From Octopus sinensis (lineage: Eukaryota), in the NCBI RefSeq assembly GCF_006345805.1, contig NW_021828077.1, positions 1 through 35,685 on the forward strand: 35,685 nt of DNA, given 5' to 3'. The position numbers were made by a program, and so were the translations under genes. How positions within the stretch are numbered: the stretch's first letter is position 1; every line of letters begins with the position of its first letter. Positions 21,533 through 33,857 of the stretch are shown piece by piece. Below the pieces are notes generated by a model, which had not been told where the DNA came from, did no database searches, and saw only the letters and a program-made list of their open reading frames with translations.

Positions 21533-21643
21533 CACTGGAATTCATCGATCTCTTCATCAATTATACACATCCACCATTGCCGACAGCACTCTTCTGGAAA
21601 TTCTACTCTCCAGATTTGCAAGGAAAGAGGAAACAGTTTGGCT
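21533..21643 (+). CDS. Candidate 111-bp exon, product unknown
   Basis: gttattgcttag|CAC...GGCT|gtgagt; non-repetitive; phase-1 frame xLEFIDLFINYTHPPLPTALFWKFYSPDLQGKRKQFG, and the other two frames are also open. Confidence 0.4.
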
Positions 21644-21964
21644 GTGAGTAAGAAATTCTAGATCCTTCGATCTGTCGGCCCAAAACATATTGAATCGATC
21701 AATGGTGAATTTCAAGAATCCCTTGGCACCAAATTTATTCTTTATTTTAGAGGCGATGTTTAGTTCTATGAAATATGCAGTTCTACTGAATCTGAGTGTT
21801 GTGTGTACGTGAAAGGATATGTGTGTGTGTGTGTGTGTATATGCATGTGTGTGCATGTGAGTGTGTGCGCGCGTCTATGTATGCGTGTATGTATGTGTGT
21901 ATGTGTGTGTATGTATGTTTATGTATATACGTGTATATATGTATCTGTGTGTATATGTATCTGT

Positions 21965-22110
21965 AGTGAAGGGCGTAGGTTAGTGGTTAGGGTTTTCGGC
22001 TCATGATTGTAAGGTAGTGTGTTCGATTCCTAGCGGCGTGTTGTGTCTATGTGGAAGACATTTTTTTTCACGTTACTCAAGCCCATTCAACTGACAAAAG
22101 TGAGTTGTAT
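21965..22110 (+). mobile_element. Diverged tRNA/CORE-like SINE head
   Basis: ttagtggttaggg A box, gttcgattcc B box, ttcacgttactc..attcaactg similar to 4882-5180. Confidence 0.65.
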
Positions 22111-22199
22111 ATATATATATATGACCTTTTTGAACATATAATTTTCTGTGTATATATATATAGATACTTCCAAACAAACATGATTTCTAATGAAATCCC

Positions 22200-22422
22200 A
22201 ATATTCTTTATGAACTTTTTAATAATTTTTTCTATAAACTGTTTTTAACATTTTCTTATTATTATCAAAGAATGTATATATGTCTTGTAATCTTTTGTGC
22301 CTAATATTTTAATGAACTTTTTAATTTTTTAATATTTTCCCAAGATTTTTCCTTGTAAACTGTTTTTAACATGTTCTTATTATTATCAAAGAATGTATAT
22401 ATGTATAGTAATATTTTGTGAC
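22200..22422. repeat. Imperfect ~105-120-bp tandem duplication
   Basis: taaactgtttttaacat.ttcttattattatcaaagaatgtatatatgt occurs twice (~22236 and ~22356). Confidence 0.85.
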
Positions 22423-22457
22423 AACCAGTACCTAACACAACAAAACTTTTACATTTT

Positions 22458-22499
22458 ACTTTTGACAATCTTTTTCTAAAAAAGTGAAACCGGTCAAGT
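22458..22499 (+). ncRNA. Decayed hammerhead-like motif
   Basis: actt-tTGACaA-t-CTTTTT-cta-AAAAAG-t-GAA-ACC|GGT-C-aagt. Helices I, II and III all pair; the core has two transitions relative to CTGACGA. Confidence 0.55.
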
Positions 22500-22535
22500 G
22501 AATAAACATCTTTTAAAATTGCATTTTCAACCTTC

Positions 22536-22644
<109 letters not shown>

Positions 22645-22661
22645 ATGTGTGTGTGTAGTTT

Positions 22662-23180
22662 GAAATGTGGCTAGACTACAAGAAAGCCTTTAACCCTGTT
22701 CCTCACTCACGGATGCAAGAAAATTTTCGACTTGCTAAAGTGAAAGCCACAGCTGACTTGTATCATCGTGGGACACCAACTTGAAATTAATCTCAAGGTA
22801 TGATTGTATTATCACTGATAGAATACAGTATCACAGGGGCATATTCCAAGGGGACAGCCTCTCATGAGACTAGGAAAACCAGTTCCTTAAGCAACATTCC
22901 TTGTCTGATAATCTTAATTACATGTCCAAATAAGTCGTACGACTCTACCGCAACGTATCATCAGATGAAAGGAGCGAATATGAGCAGAAGACCATGCATG
23001 GATATGTTAGTAAAAAATTCTAGTAACATTGATCATGAAAGCGGTCTATCATGGACCAATAGCCGGATTGCTACCTTCCACTTTGAAGGCTATGCGTTTA
23101 CAATCCAGGAACAGGAAATATCAACTAAATACCTGATGCAAACGCGATAGAGATGCAGGTAAAGCAGAAATTTATGGCAA
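22662..23180 (+). mobile_element. R4/Dong-like element, heavily deleted
   Basis: WLDYKKAF (22668), RGIFQGDSLS (22835), FEGYAFTIQEQEISTKYL (23082). Confidence 0.8.
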
Positions 23181-23255
23181 CCAATTTCTCCACTGCTTTT
23201 TGGGCAGTATTTTGGTCAGGAGGGACACCAATGTCTATCAATAAGCAGGTGTCAT
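23181..23255 (-). mobile_element. R4/Dong-like endonuclease fragment
   Basis: TCLLIDIGVPPDQNTAQKAVEKL, homologous to CLLIDMSIPCDHNISAKEFDKL in 23573-24389. Confidence 0.7.
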
Positions 23256-23285
23256 ATTATTATTATTATTATCATTATCATTATT

Positions 23286-23543
23286 CAGTAGTTTTATTTT
23301 TATAGCGTGCTTTCACTTCACTACCTAGCACAGCTCTGTGTGCCTTGGGTATGTGCTGTGATTTGTTGTGATGCTCTGATGGTTATTGTATGGAAAGTGT
23401 TCTGCGTAGGATGTGTGCAGTGCCTAGTAGTGCAATTTTCTGTATGTTATATGTGTTTGTAAGTCCTGGTGTTTTTGTTATGTATTTGTCTGAATATTTT
23501 TTTATCATGCCTAATGCACCTACTATGATAGGAATTGTTTCTG
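23286..23543 (-). mobile_element. R4/Dong-like 3' end with (TAA)n tail
   Basis: ETIPIIVGALGMIKKYSDKYITKTPGLTNTYNIQKIALLGTAHILRRTLSIQ*, 3' UTR, tail at 23256-23285. Confidence 0.88.
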
Positions 23544-23572
23544 TTATTATTATTATATTATTATTATTATTA

Positions 23573-24718
<1,146 letters not shown>

Positions 24719-24720
<2 letters not shown>

Positions 24721-27240
24721 GTTTGACTTTCGATTTGTATTTTTACAAGTTGGCTCCAAGTCTCACGCAAAAAACTCAAGAGACAACAGGTTAGAAGTTC
24801 ATGTTGGTGTTATGCCTAGGGTGCCATATATTTGGCTTTGCACATCGTGTTGTTCTAGACAATATTTAAGAAAACATAAAAAAATTATGTTAAAATTTGA
24901 GATTAATTTGTTGTGCTGCTCTTATTTTCATTGTATTGAAGATGCTTTACGCAGGATGTGCGCGGTGCCTAGTAGTGTTATTTTCTGTATAATTTCTGAA
25001 GTCCTGGTGTTTTGGTTATGTATTTTAATCATACCTAATGCACCTATAATTATAGGAATTGTTTCTGTTTTTAGGATCCACACTCGAGTTACCTCTATTT
25101 CCAGATCTTTATATTTTGAAACTTTATCCGTTTCTTTTAGAAATACATTGCCATTTATTGGTTTTGATACATAGATCAGAAGACAGTTTTTCTTGATGAT
25201 CTCTGACAACAATGTTAGCTTTGATTTCTCTATCTGTGTGTATTGGCATATCCGAAAGTGTGGCTGCTTTCTCCTTTTTCTGGGACCTTTTCTGGTGCGT
25301 GCCTTTACCACCTTTTTTCTGTTGTTATTCTATAGTATTGGCATACCTTCCAGTGTATATAGATCCCAACTCTGTCATGTCTGTGTATATATTCCTTCTT
25401 AGCCAGAGAAAATATGATTTATTGTTTCTTCTCCATCACCATATATTCTGCAGTTACTTGTATTTCTTTTCATTTGGGCGTTTTTGCTGATTTCTGGTGG
25501 GGAGGCTCTGGTCTTGTGCTGCAATTAAAAATCCTTCAGTCTCTGCTTCGAGTCCTGAGCTTCTTACTCATTGCCTGGCTTTTGCTTTGTCTATTTCCTT
25601 TCTGTTTATTTTAACCCAGTACTTGCCACGAAGTGGTTTTTCTTGCCATCGTTTTATCATGATCCGTTGCTGTTGCAGTTTTAGTTTCGGTTTCAGTTGC
25701 TTTACAGCTTTTGTCGTTTCTTCATAGTTGTCAGGTACTATGGCTTCTTTCTTGTATTTTTCAGTTTCCTTAAAGACAGAAAACAGTTTTTTGTTCTGCT
25801 CGTGTTTTGTGGCTATTTATCCCAGTTTTTCTTGCTTCTGAAGTAGGTATTTCTGTAATCCTATGGTGGTTATCTTATAATAGATTCCTAGTTGTTTAAG
25901 ACCTCTACCAACTTTGATACGTTGTAAATATAACCTTTCTATGTTAGATTTTGGGTGGTGCATCCTAAATACTGTCCTTATTGTTCTTATATTCCTGTCT
26001 ATTTTGATTAGTTCATATAGAGTCTAGTTAAGAATATTGTAGCTGTGACGGCTTGAGTGTTGATACCTATTATCTTGTTTTTCGCATTGAGCTGTGTTTT
26101 CAGTATTAATTTAATTCGTGTATAGTATTCTTTTCTTATCCTCTTTTTCATTTGTGTGCGTGTATTATATCTAGTTCATTGATTCCTAAGTAGTTTTCAT
26201 CTTTTCATGGTTGCTTTGGCACATTTTTCTAAGTTAAATTTCATGTTTATTTCTTTGGTAAATTCATGCACTCTCTGTAATAATGTTTCCAGCTGTTTAT
26301 CATTTGCAGCATGCAGCTTTAGATCATCCATATACAAAAGATGATTGATTGTTTTACCGTTGCAGTTGTATCCACATCCAGTTCTGCTTAGCACGTCAGA
26401 TAAAGGTGTCAGTGCCAAACAGAAAACGTGTCTCCCTGGAATATTACTCTTCTAATGGAGATAGCTTTGTTTTTATGAGTCCCTTTTTGTCTAGAGCTGA
26501 AATACTGCTTGCCATTTATTCATGGAATGTTTTATATATGCTATGATCATCGTTTCTACCTTGTTCATGGCTAGTGCATCTAGGTTCCACGTGTGGGGTA
26601 TACTATCAAAAGCCTTTCGATAATCGATCTAAGCCATGCTTAGGCCCTTCTTTTTCTTCTGGCTGTCTTCAGTTATGGTTTTATTGATCAATAACTGAGC
26701 TTTACAGTTGTATGAGCCCTTGCAGCATCCCTTCTGCTCTTCCGGCAACAGATGTTTGTCCATTCTCTGCGATATAATTGCAGTTATGGATTTGTAGATT
26801 GTAGGGAGACAAGTAATCGATCTGTAATTTTGTAGGTGTGCTGTTTCAGTCGATTTGGGAATTAGGATAGTTTTCTTTTCCGTGAGCCATTCAGGCGATG
26901 TCTTTGGCTTTACTAGCACCTCATTGAATTTCTCATGTATTCCTGTTGGATAATTTTAACAGAAATTAGGGACCTTGTACCCTGGTGCCTTCCAGTTGCG
27001 TAGTTTTTGCAGTGCCTGTGTAACCTCTTCCTATGTTATAGGAGTCCAAAGTTGTTTAGGTGCTGTGTTTGTTATTTTGATAGATCTTTTCTAAGGTTGT
27101 TCCTTCGCCGACCATATTTCTTTCCAAATTTTTTCCACTTCTGGTGTTGGTGCTGATTTTACTTTTGCCGAATTCTTGGTAGAATCTTTTGAGGTCGGAG
27201 TTGAACTGTTTCTTTTGCTCAAAGAAACGTTGGCATTTCT
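24719..27240 (-). mobile_element. R4/Dong-like non-LTR retrotransposon, 5'-truncated pseudogene (RT plus RLE)
   Basis: NWKAPG, NYRSITCLPTIYK, EQKGC, IDYRKAFDSIPH, IFQGD, YMDD (26334-26323), EGFLIAAQDQ, RHDRVG, KYKDLEIEV, GTAHILRK; multiple stops and frameshifts. Confidence 0.95.
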
Positions 27241-27445
<205 letters not shown>

Positions 27446-27459
27446 ACGATGTAACAACC

Positions 27460-28130
27460 CACAAACAATTTAAGAAACATGGTGAGAAAAAAACAAAGAT
27501 TGAACAACCGGAAAATGGAAGTGGTACATGGGTAATACCTCAGAGAAACGGAAGGAAAAGACAAGATCCACAAGTGGAGGTCACAAAGAAAAAATGATCT
27601 GAAAGGATGCATTGATGCAGTAATACACAGCGCCTAGAAACGACCTCTGAAAACTAATTACACTAAGTTCCAGATAGATAAGAGTAGTGATTCGCCCCTT
27701 GCTAAGATTATGTGGCAGCAAAAACGAAACAATCTCACCTGTATTGCGAGTGTAGCAAACTGGCCCAAAAGGAATACAGAAGGAAGAATGATAACGTAGC
27801 AATCGGAAATTGAAAAGTAGGATCTACTAAAAGATGAAGTTACACGAATATGAGCAATGAAGAGGGTAACTGTGAATGCCAGTCGTTGTAGGGACACTGG
27901 GGACATTAACAACCAGGTTTGAGAAAATTGTGGGTGACAATTGGGATTTAAAAAAAAAACTACTTAATTGGGTTCAGAAAGGATTTTGAGATTCCTACTT
28001 GGGTGTTAAGTACCGTGGGAAGAGACCCTGTGAGATCTTTGACAAAAAGTTGATGTCTGCTTTGATAGAATTAACCAGAGCAATTAAAGTCAAGAGCTCT
28101 GAGTAGTGAAATGGAAATAATGATAATGAT
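27460..28130 (+). mobile_element. Old R4/Dong-like 3' fragment
   Basis: RLCGSKNETIS..ECSKLAQKEYRRKNDNVA (~27700-27800), DLLKDEVTRI, PVVVGTLGTLT; short aataatgataatgat tail. Confidence 0.75.
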
Positions 28131-28381
28131 CTTGATTCTGATCATCATCAGTATATCTTTTGAAAAGAGGGCAAGTGTATCTATGAGAAAAGTTGGGCTA
28201 TGGGCAGACAATCGATGAAACACTCGTCAAATTTTAGAGTGCTACCACTGCTTACAGGGTAATGCTTTATACCATGAGGCAGTGCCTACTTTCTGATAGA
28301 GAAACTGACTCACAAAGAGTCAAGTGTCTTGAAACAATGTAGTACTGTCGGAAAGATTCGAACTATCGTCTCTTCGACTAG

Positions 28382-28571
28382 TTAATCGTTACACTATCAA
28401 GTGTGTGGCTGTAGAAATTAGATGCCAGTCAGATAAAGAAGGCGATAGAATCGAGTTAAATGTAGTGAATCGTAATTGGATGACTTTTAAAATGAAGAAT
28501 GTCCTGAGGTTATTGTTATCTCTTCATCTGGATTACAGTGACGATGGAGTCTTCATAGCTGAATGGCAATA
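28382..28571 (+). CDS. Candidate terminal exon / open frame, product unknown
   Basis: Stop-free frame 28333-28571; acceptor-like tcgtctcttcgactag|; xNRYTIKCVAVEIRCQSDKEGDRIELNVVNRNWMTFKMKNVLRLLLSLHLDYSDDGVFIAEWQ*. Confidence 0.25.
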
Positions 28572-28609
28572 ATAACTCACCTTACGTGTGTATGTGTGTG
28601 TGTGTATGC

Positions 28610-28681
<72 letters not shown>

Positions 28682-28814
28682 CATATATACACATATACAC
28701 ATACACACATCACATACAATCATACAATACCTGTATCTTCCCTTTAATCTTTTCATATGCGTGATCCTTTTATCTCTGTTATCTAACATTATTTTAATTC
28801 AATCATTTCTCATG

Positions 28815-28960
28815 GTGGCATAGCATTAGAAGTTCGAATCGAAATCTCGTGGTTCCACGTTCGATCTCACACCACAGCAGTCGTGTTTAAATATTTTCTC
28901 CCATAATATCCAAACCATTGTGAGTAAAATTTGGTAAAGGAAACTGTGTGGAAGCTCATC
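28815..28960 (+). mobile_element. Highly diverged SINE
   Basis: Tail ttgtgagtaaaatttggtaaaggaaactg resembles the reverse complement of 16655-16695. Confidence 0.5.
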
Positions 28961-29371
28961 TGATAGATGTTTACCATTTTGGCCGGTTTAACATCATCCC
29001 CTGGACTTTGGGTAACCTTTGTGAAACTGACTTTCTTAATATTGCATCCATATTTCCGGTCTGTGAATAATTTAAGAACTGTGGTTGTTTCCGCCAGCTC
29101 TGAGGCATCCGCATCGGTATTTCTCTCTCCATTCTGACTAAATCATACAAAATCCACGAGGCTGTGAAGTTTCGAAAATACGGTGAGACGAACTCGAAAA
29201 CTCAGCTTCACAAGCTGACTTCAGAGATTCACTTCCTTTACATTGGAACAATCTTTGGTAACACCATGAATATGTCATCTTCCCAATCTTTACCGGAATT
29301 CATTCGTACCGAAGTCAGAAATAAGTTCACTCTCGAGAAGCCAGTTTCAATTTCCATTTAACGGTATTCAA

Positions 29372-29589
29372 CTGGCAGAATCGTTAGCACGCCGGCCGAA
29401 ATACTTAGCGGTATTTCGTCTGTCGTTACGTTGTGAGTTCAAATTCCGCCGAGGTCGACTTTGCCTTTCATCCTTTCGTGGTGGATTAAATAAGTACCAG
29501 TTACCCACTGGGGTCGATGCAAACGACTTAATCCGTTTGTCTGTCCCCTCTGTGTTTATCCCCTTGTGGGTAGTAAAGAAATAGGTATT
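29372..29589 (+). mobile_element. SINE with Nin/Deu-like central domain
   Basis: Near-identical to 7151-7365. Confidence 0.9.
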
Positions 29590-30028
29590 CAACATGGTGA
29601 TAATATCCACCATCCGAAAACTGTGGGGAAGCCTGTTACTTTAAAAGGTTTTCATATGGTTTCCCTCTACCAGATACTTTCACACGGTTTTAGTTGACCC
29701 CTTGGGCATGGAAGGAGACACCTGAAGTGCTGCCTTATGAGAGCGAATGACAGAGTCGCTAGACGAGCTTCTTAACCCCAGAACCATGCCTGTCATGATT
29801 TAGGAGCGTGATCAGAAATAACCTACCAAGCACTGCTAGTCGTCATTAACCCTACGTAACGCAGCATCATAATTAATATAGTTAATTATAGCAATTGCTA
29901 TAATTAATAACAGTAATAATTATGATTTATAACAGTAATTTTTGTAATTAATAATAGCAATCGTTATTTTAATTTAATCGATATTCTTCTTTTGATTGCA
30001 TTTTGTTACTACAACAACAACAACAACA

Positions 30029-30068
<40 letters not shown>

Positions 30069-30477
30069 TTACTACTACTACTACTACTAGTTTGTTTATT
30101 TAGTTAATGCAAACACTAAATTAATTTAAATACTAGTCGCTTCTTTAAACCGTCACGGATTAAGATCTCCATTCAGTGCAGCACTTCTTTAGCTTATCTG
30201 TCTGTCTGTCTGTCTGTCTGTCTCTCCCTCCCTCCCTCTCTTTCTCTCTCTCTCTCCATCTGTTTGCTTTTCTCTGTCTTTCTTTCTGGTTGTACTTGGT
30301 TAAGTCAAAAGATATCTTTCTTTTGGATTTTCACGGATGTTTTTTTTTTGCAACTTGTATCTCCATGTTTTATTATTAATTCGGTACAATTTGTCCAAGT
30401 TGCTGAAATATATATCTTATTTTTCTCAATTAACATATAAACATTAATTGTTTATTCTTTATTTTAAAACCTTGATA

Positions 30478-31115
30478 ATGAGTGGTGAAAACTTGCTAAG
30501 TTATTTTACACTACTTATGGAAAAAAGGGCAGCGACAAAAGAAATTATGTGGCACTAAACTGGTTCAGACATTTCAAAGGTGACACCAGCTTCGAAGATA
30601 AACCAAGGTGAGGGAGACATTCTGTTGTGGAGGATGGGACGTTGCTTGAAATGGTTGAACAACATCCATGCACAAGCATCCGTACAATGTTGGCAAAACA
30701 TGATTCTTCACAAAGCGCCATCAATTTACACCTTCATATGTTTGGCCCTGTGAACAGATGCTTTTGACGAGTTCTTCATGAACTGACCAATGGCTAGATT
30801 CAATGACATGAGATGACGGTGTTTGGCGTTGAATTGTAAATGGTAATGAAAAAGAGATCTATTTTCATAATTATAATGAGAGAAATCAATGACTTCATAC
30901 CATCTAGGATTCAGAATCTTGCCAAACATGGTTAGTTTGAATGTTGTGTGTTTGGTGGAATTTCGAGGGGGTGTTACACATTGATCTAGTCCCAAATGGT
31001 CACGCTGTGAACGCTAACCTTTTATGCTCAACAACTTTAGCGAGCATATGATGCTTTGAAAGCCTGCTGCCCAGCATTGATTGATCGAATACACGCACTC
31101 CGACATCATGACATA
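30478..31115 (+). pseudogene. Mariner-type transposase relic
   Basis: NWFRHFK.GDTSFEDKPR.GR, IVNGNEKEIYF (cf. IVTGDEKWI.Y), GVLHIDLVPNGHAVNANLYAQQL*RAYDAL, truncated near the HD motif; no TIRs seen. Confidence 0.85.
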
Positions 31116-31200
31116 CAAATAAATTATTTATACATCCATTTTTTCTCCATTTTCTTTTCCTTCAATATTGATAATATATATATATATATATATATACAAA

Positions 31201-31292
31201 ATTAAGAAGAATTGCCACTAAAGTGGACACCTAATATGCTAAACATATGTTTAGCATATTAGGTGTCCACTTTAGTGGCCATTCTTCTTAAT
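31201..31292. repeat. 92-bp loop-less palindrome
   Basis: 46-bp arms with one mismatch; centre between 31246 and 31247. Confidence 0.97.
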
Positions 31293-31395
31293 CTTTTATG
31301 TAACAATTTTTCACCTTCGGATTTTTTAAATATGCAAAGCCACTGGTTTTAATTGACTAATATCAATTTCTACCCTTATTATATATATATATATA

Positions 31396-31560
31396 GGGAG
31401 AGTTCACAAAGAACTAAATGACGAAGACAGGTGGTGTAGACAACAAACAGACGTATTAGTTTAACGTTCGGAAAGTGAAAAAGGGCTTTAACATTTCGAG
31501 CCTACGCACTTCTACAGAAAGGAATACAGAAAGAGACAGGGAGAGAAAATAAAGAATGTG
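31396..31560 (-). mobile_element. Penelope-like pLTR-type repeat with hammerhead variant at 31486-31521
   Basis: cttt-CTGTAGA-a-GtGC-gtag-GCTC-GAA-At|GT-T-aaag; same family as 19570-19710. Confidence 0.65.
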
Positions 31561-31669
31561 TAGTAGCTAGCGATCTATCATAGCGAATGCCGGACAGAGG
31601 GCTCAAACAGGAGTGCTAGGAAGAAGGGGAGATGATAAAGTAGTGGTGATCCCAGAATGAAGGTGCGCG

Positions 31670-32280
31670 TGTGTGTGTATAAAAGAGCTTGTATGTGCGT
31701 GTGGAAGAGGGCTGGTGACCTTGACGTGTCCGTGTGTGCATGTGTAGGTGTGTGGTTGATGGTGTGGGTGCTGGGAAGTGGTCAGTGCTAGTGTGTGCGT
31801 GGTGGTGTGTTGTGTGACATGGTGGTGTGTGGTGTGGTGTTGTGTGTGTTGTGTGGTGTTGTGTGTGTGGTGTGGTGGTGTGGGGGGTGGTGGTGGCGTG
31901 GTGGTATGGTGTGGTGTGGTGGTGTGTGATGTGGTGTGGTGGTGTTTGGTGTGGTGTGGTGGTGTTGGGATGTGGGGGAGGCGAGAGTGGAGAAAGCAAA
32001 GTTGGGGTGTGGGTTAGGCTGATGGTTGAGGTAGAGGTGGAGTATGTGGGAGTGGGGGTAAGGATGGAGTGGGGTGGGATGGGATGGATAGGGAAGGTGG
32101 GTTTGATTGTGTAGGGGTGGGGGTACGAGGAAGGGGTGACGATGGAGGGAGGGAAAGGTAGAAGGAGGGTAGGAGTGAAGAGAAGAAGTAGGAGTCGGAG
32201 CAAGAGAGGAGAGGTGGGTGGGAGGAAGTAGATGTGAAAGGAAGAGAGGAGAGGGGAGGAGAGTTGAGCCCATGTGGAGC
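31670..32280. repeat. G/T-rich then G/A-rich low-complexity tract
   Basis: GTGTG/GTGGT units followed by purine runs; source of the Pro/His/Thr and Val/Trp/Cys pseudo-ORFs. Confidence 0.9.
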
Positions 32281-32414
32281 AAAAGAGCGAAGAGAAAAGA
32301 ATAATCCCTGTTCACGGCGAAGACGGGAGTACGTGGGCCCCACTAGAGTAAGCAATAAATGCAAAACAAAGTGGTAAAAATGGTACTCAAATACCAGAGG
32401 TAGAGTAACATGTT

Positions 32415-32538
32415 TTATTAAAAAGCAGGAAAAGTATCACAAAAACTGTTACTCAGAGTTTCACGTTCTCTCTCTGACGAACGAGAACGTGAATCTCTGA
32501 GTAACAGTTTTTGTGATATCATTGCTGCTTTTTAATAA
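32415..32538. mobile_element. Long hairpin carrying hammerhead-like motif (32474-32510, + strand)
   Basis: ~56-bp arms, loop 32471-32482; CTGACGA-ACG-agaa-CGT-GAA-tCTC-t-GAGT-A-acagttt. The mirrored left arm keeps GAAACTCTGAGTA on the minus strand. Confidence 0.75.
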
Positions 32539-32889
32539 TAATAATAATAATAATGATAATAATAATAATAATAATGATAATAATAATAATATATATAATT
32601 AAATATGGTATTATTACCATTATTATTAATAATAATAATGATAATAAAGTGCCTAGCAAGTGTATAGCTTATAGGTAAAATATACAAAATTAGTAGGGTA
32701 TTAGAATACAACTTGTTATAAACGGAGGTATAGCTGTAAACCACAAATTTCTCACTATTAAAATACAAATGTTCTGAGAGATTTGACACTTCGTTGGCAT
32801 TGTTGTCTTATATTATTTAACATATGCATGCTCATACACGACCCGCATTTGACTCCTCAATCATACTATTATTGAACCTTCCGTGGCGT

Positions 32890-33231
32890 TTACATAACTT
32901 TACCTGCAATTTTGGGTCTTCTAGATACTTTCGATACAGTACTACTTGATACACCAAACATTTGGGCTGTTTTCTCTACGCTAGCGCCTGCCATACGAAC
33001 ACCAACAATTTGACCTCTTTGAAAGTCCGATAGATCTGTCATTTTAATGAATCTTAATTACCTTTTACTGATAATATCTGAAAAGAAACAGTAATTTTAG
33101 CAAACCATAACAAGCAAAACTAATAATAAATAAAAAAATATAAAATTAAACAAGTTTTTCGCGGTTTTATAGATATTTCAAAATTATGATGCTATTATGG
33201 GAGGTGTTACCATTATTTTGTCCAATCCTTG
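32890..33231 (-). mobile_element. Tc1-type transposon 5' fragment with one TIR
   Basis: ORF 33042-32890 MTDLSDFQRGQIVGVRMAGASVEKTAQMFGVSSSTVSKVS (Tc1 paired-like HTH); TIR-like caaggattggacaaaataatggtaacacc at 33231-33203. Confidence 0.82.
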
Positions 33232-33238
33232 AATATAA

Positions 33239-33289
<51 letters not shown>

Positions 33290-33752
33290 CACATACATAT
33301 ATACATATATAATATTTATCTCTCTCTCTCTCTCTATCTATCTATCCGTCTGTCTGTCTGTTTATCTATACATACATACACACATAATCGTGGCTATGAT
33401 AGCAACTACATATATTTTTGTGTGTGTTAACATGTAAACATGTATATGTATACGTAACATGTATGCATGTACATGTGTATGTATACGTAGCATGTATATA
33501 TATATATATATATTCAAAGGAATTCCAACTCTGTTTTTTGTTTTATTTATATTCTTTATAATATTAATGTAGAATATAGAATATATAGTATAAATAATAT
33601 ATATATATATATATATAGTAAAATGAAATGAAGTATTGATTGTCTTATTAAATAGATGAAATATTGAATATCAAATATTAAGGGATTAGTATACTTTCTT
33701 GCATTAAAGCAGTCTTCAAGGTCCCTAGTTGTGACAGGAGTGTTTTAACTGT

Positions 33753-33814
<62 letters not shown>

Positions 33815-33857
33815 GAATTAATATATAGTATTATAATATAACTTTATATATATATAT

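Noticed and set aside
31616-32364. Pro/His/Thr-rich and Val/Trp/Cys-rich ORFs
   Set aside because: Low-complexity tract open in several frames on both strands.
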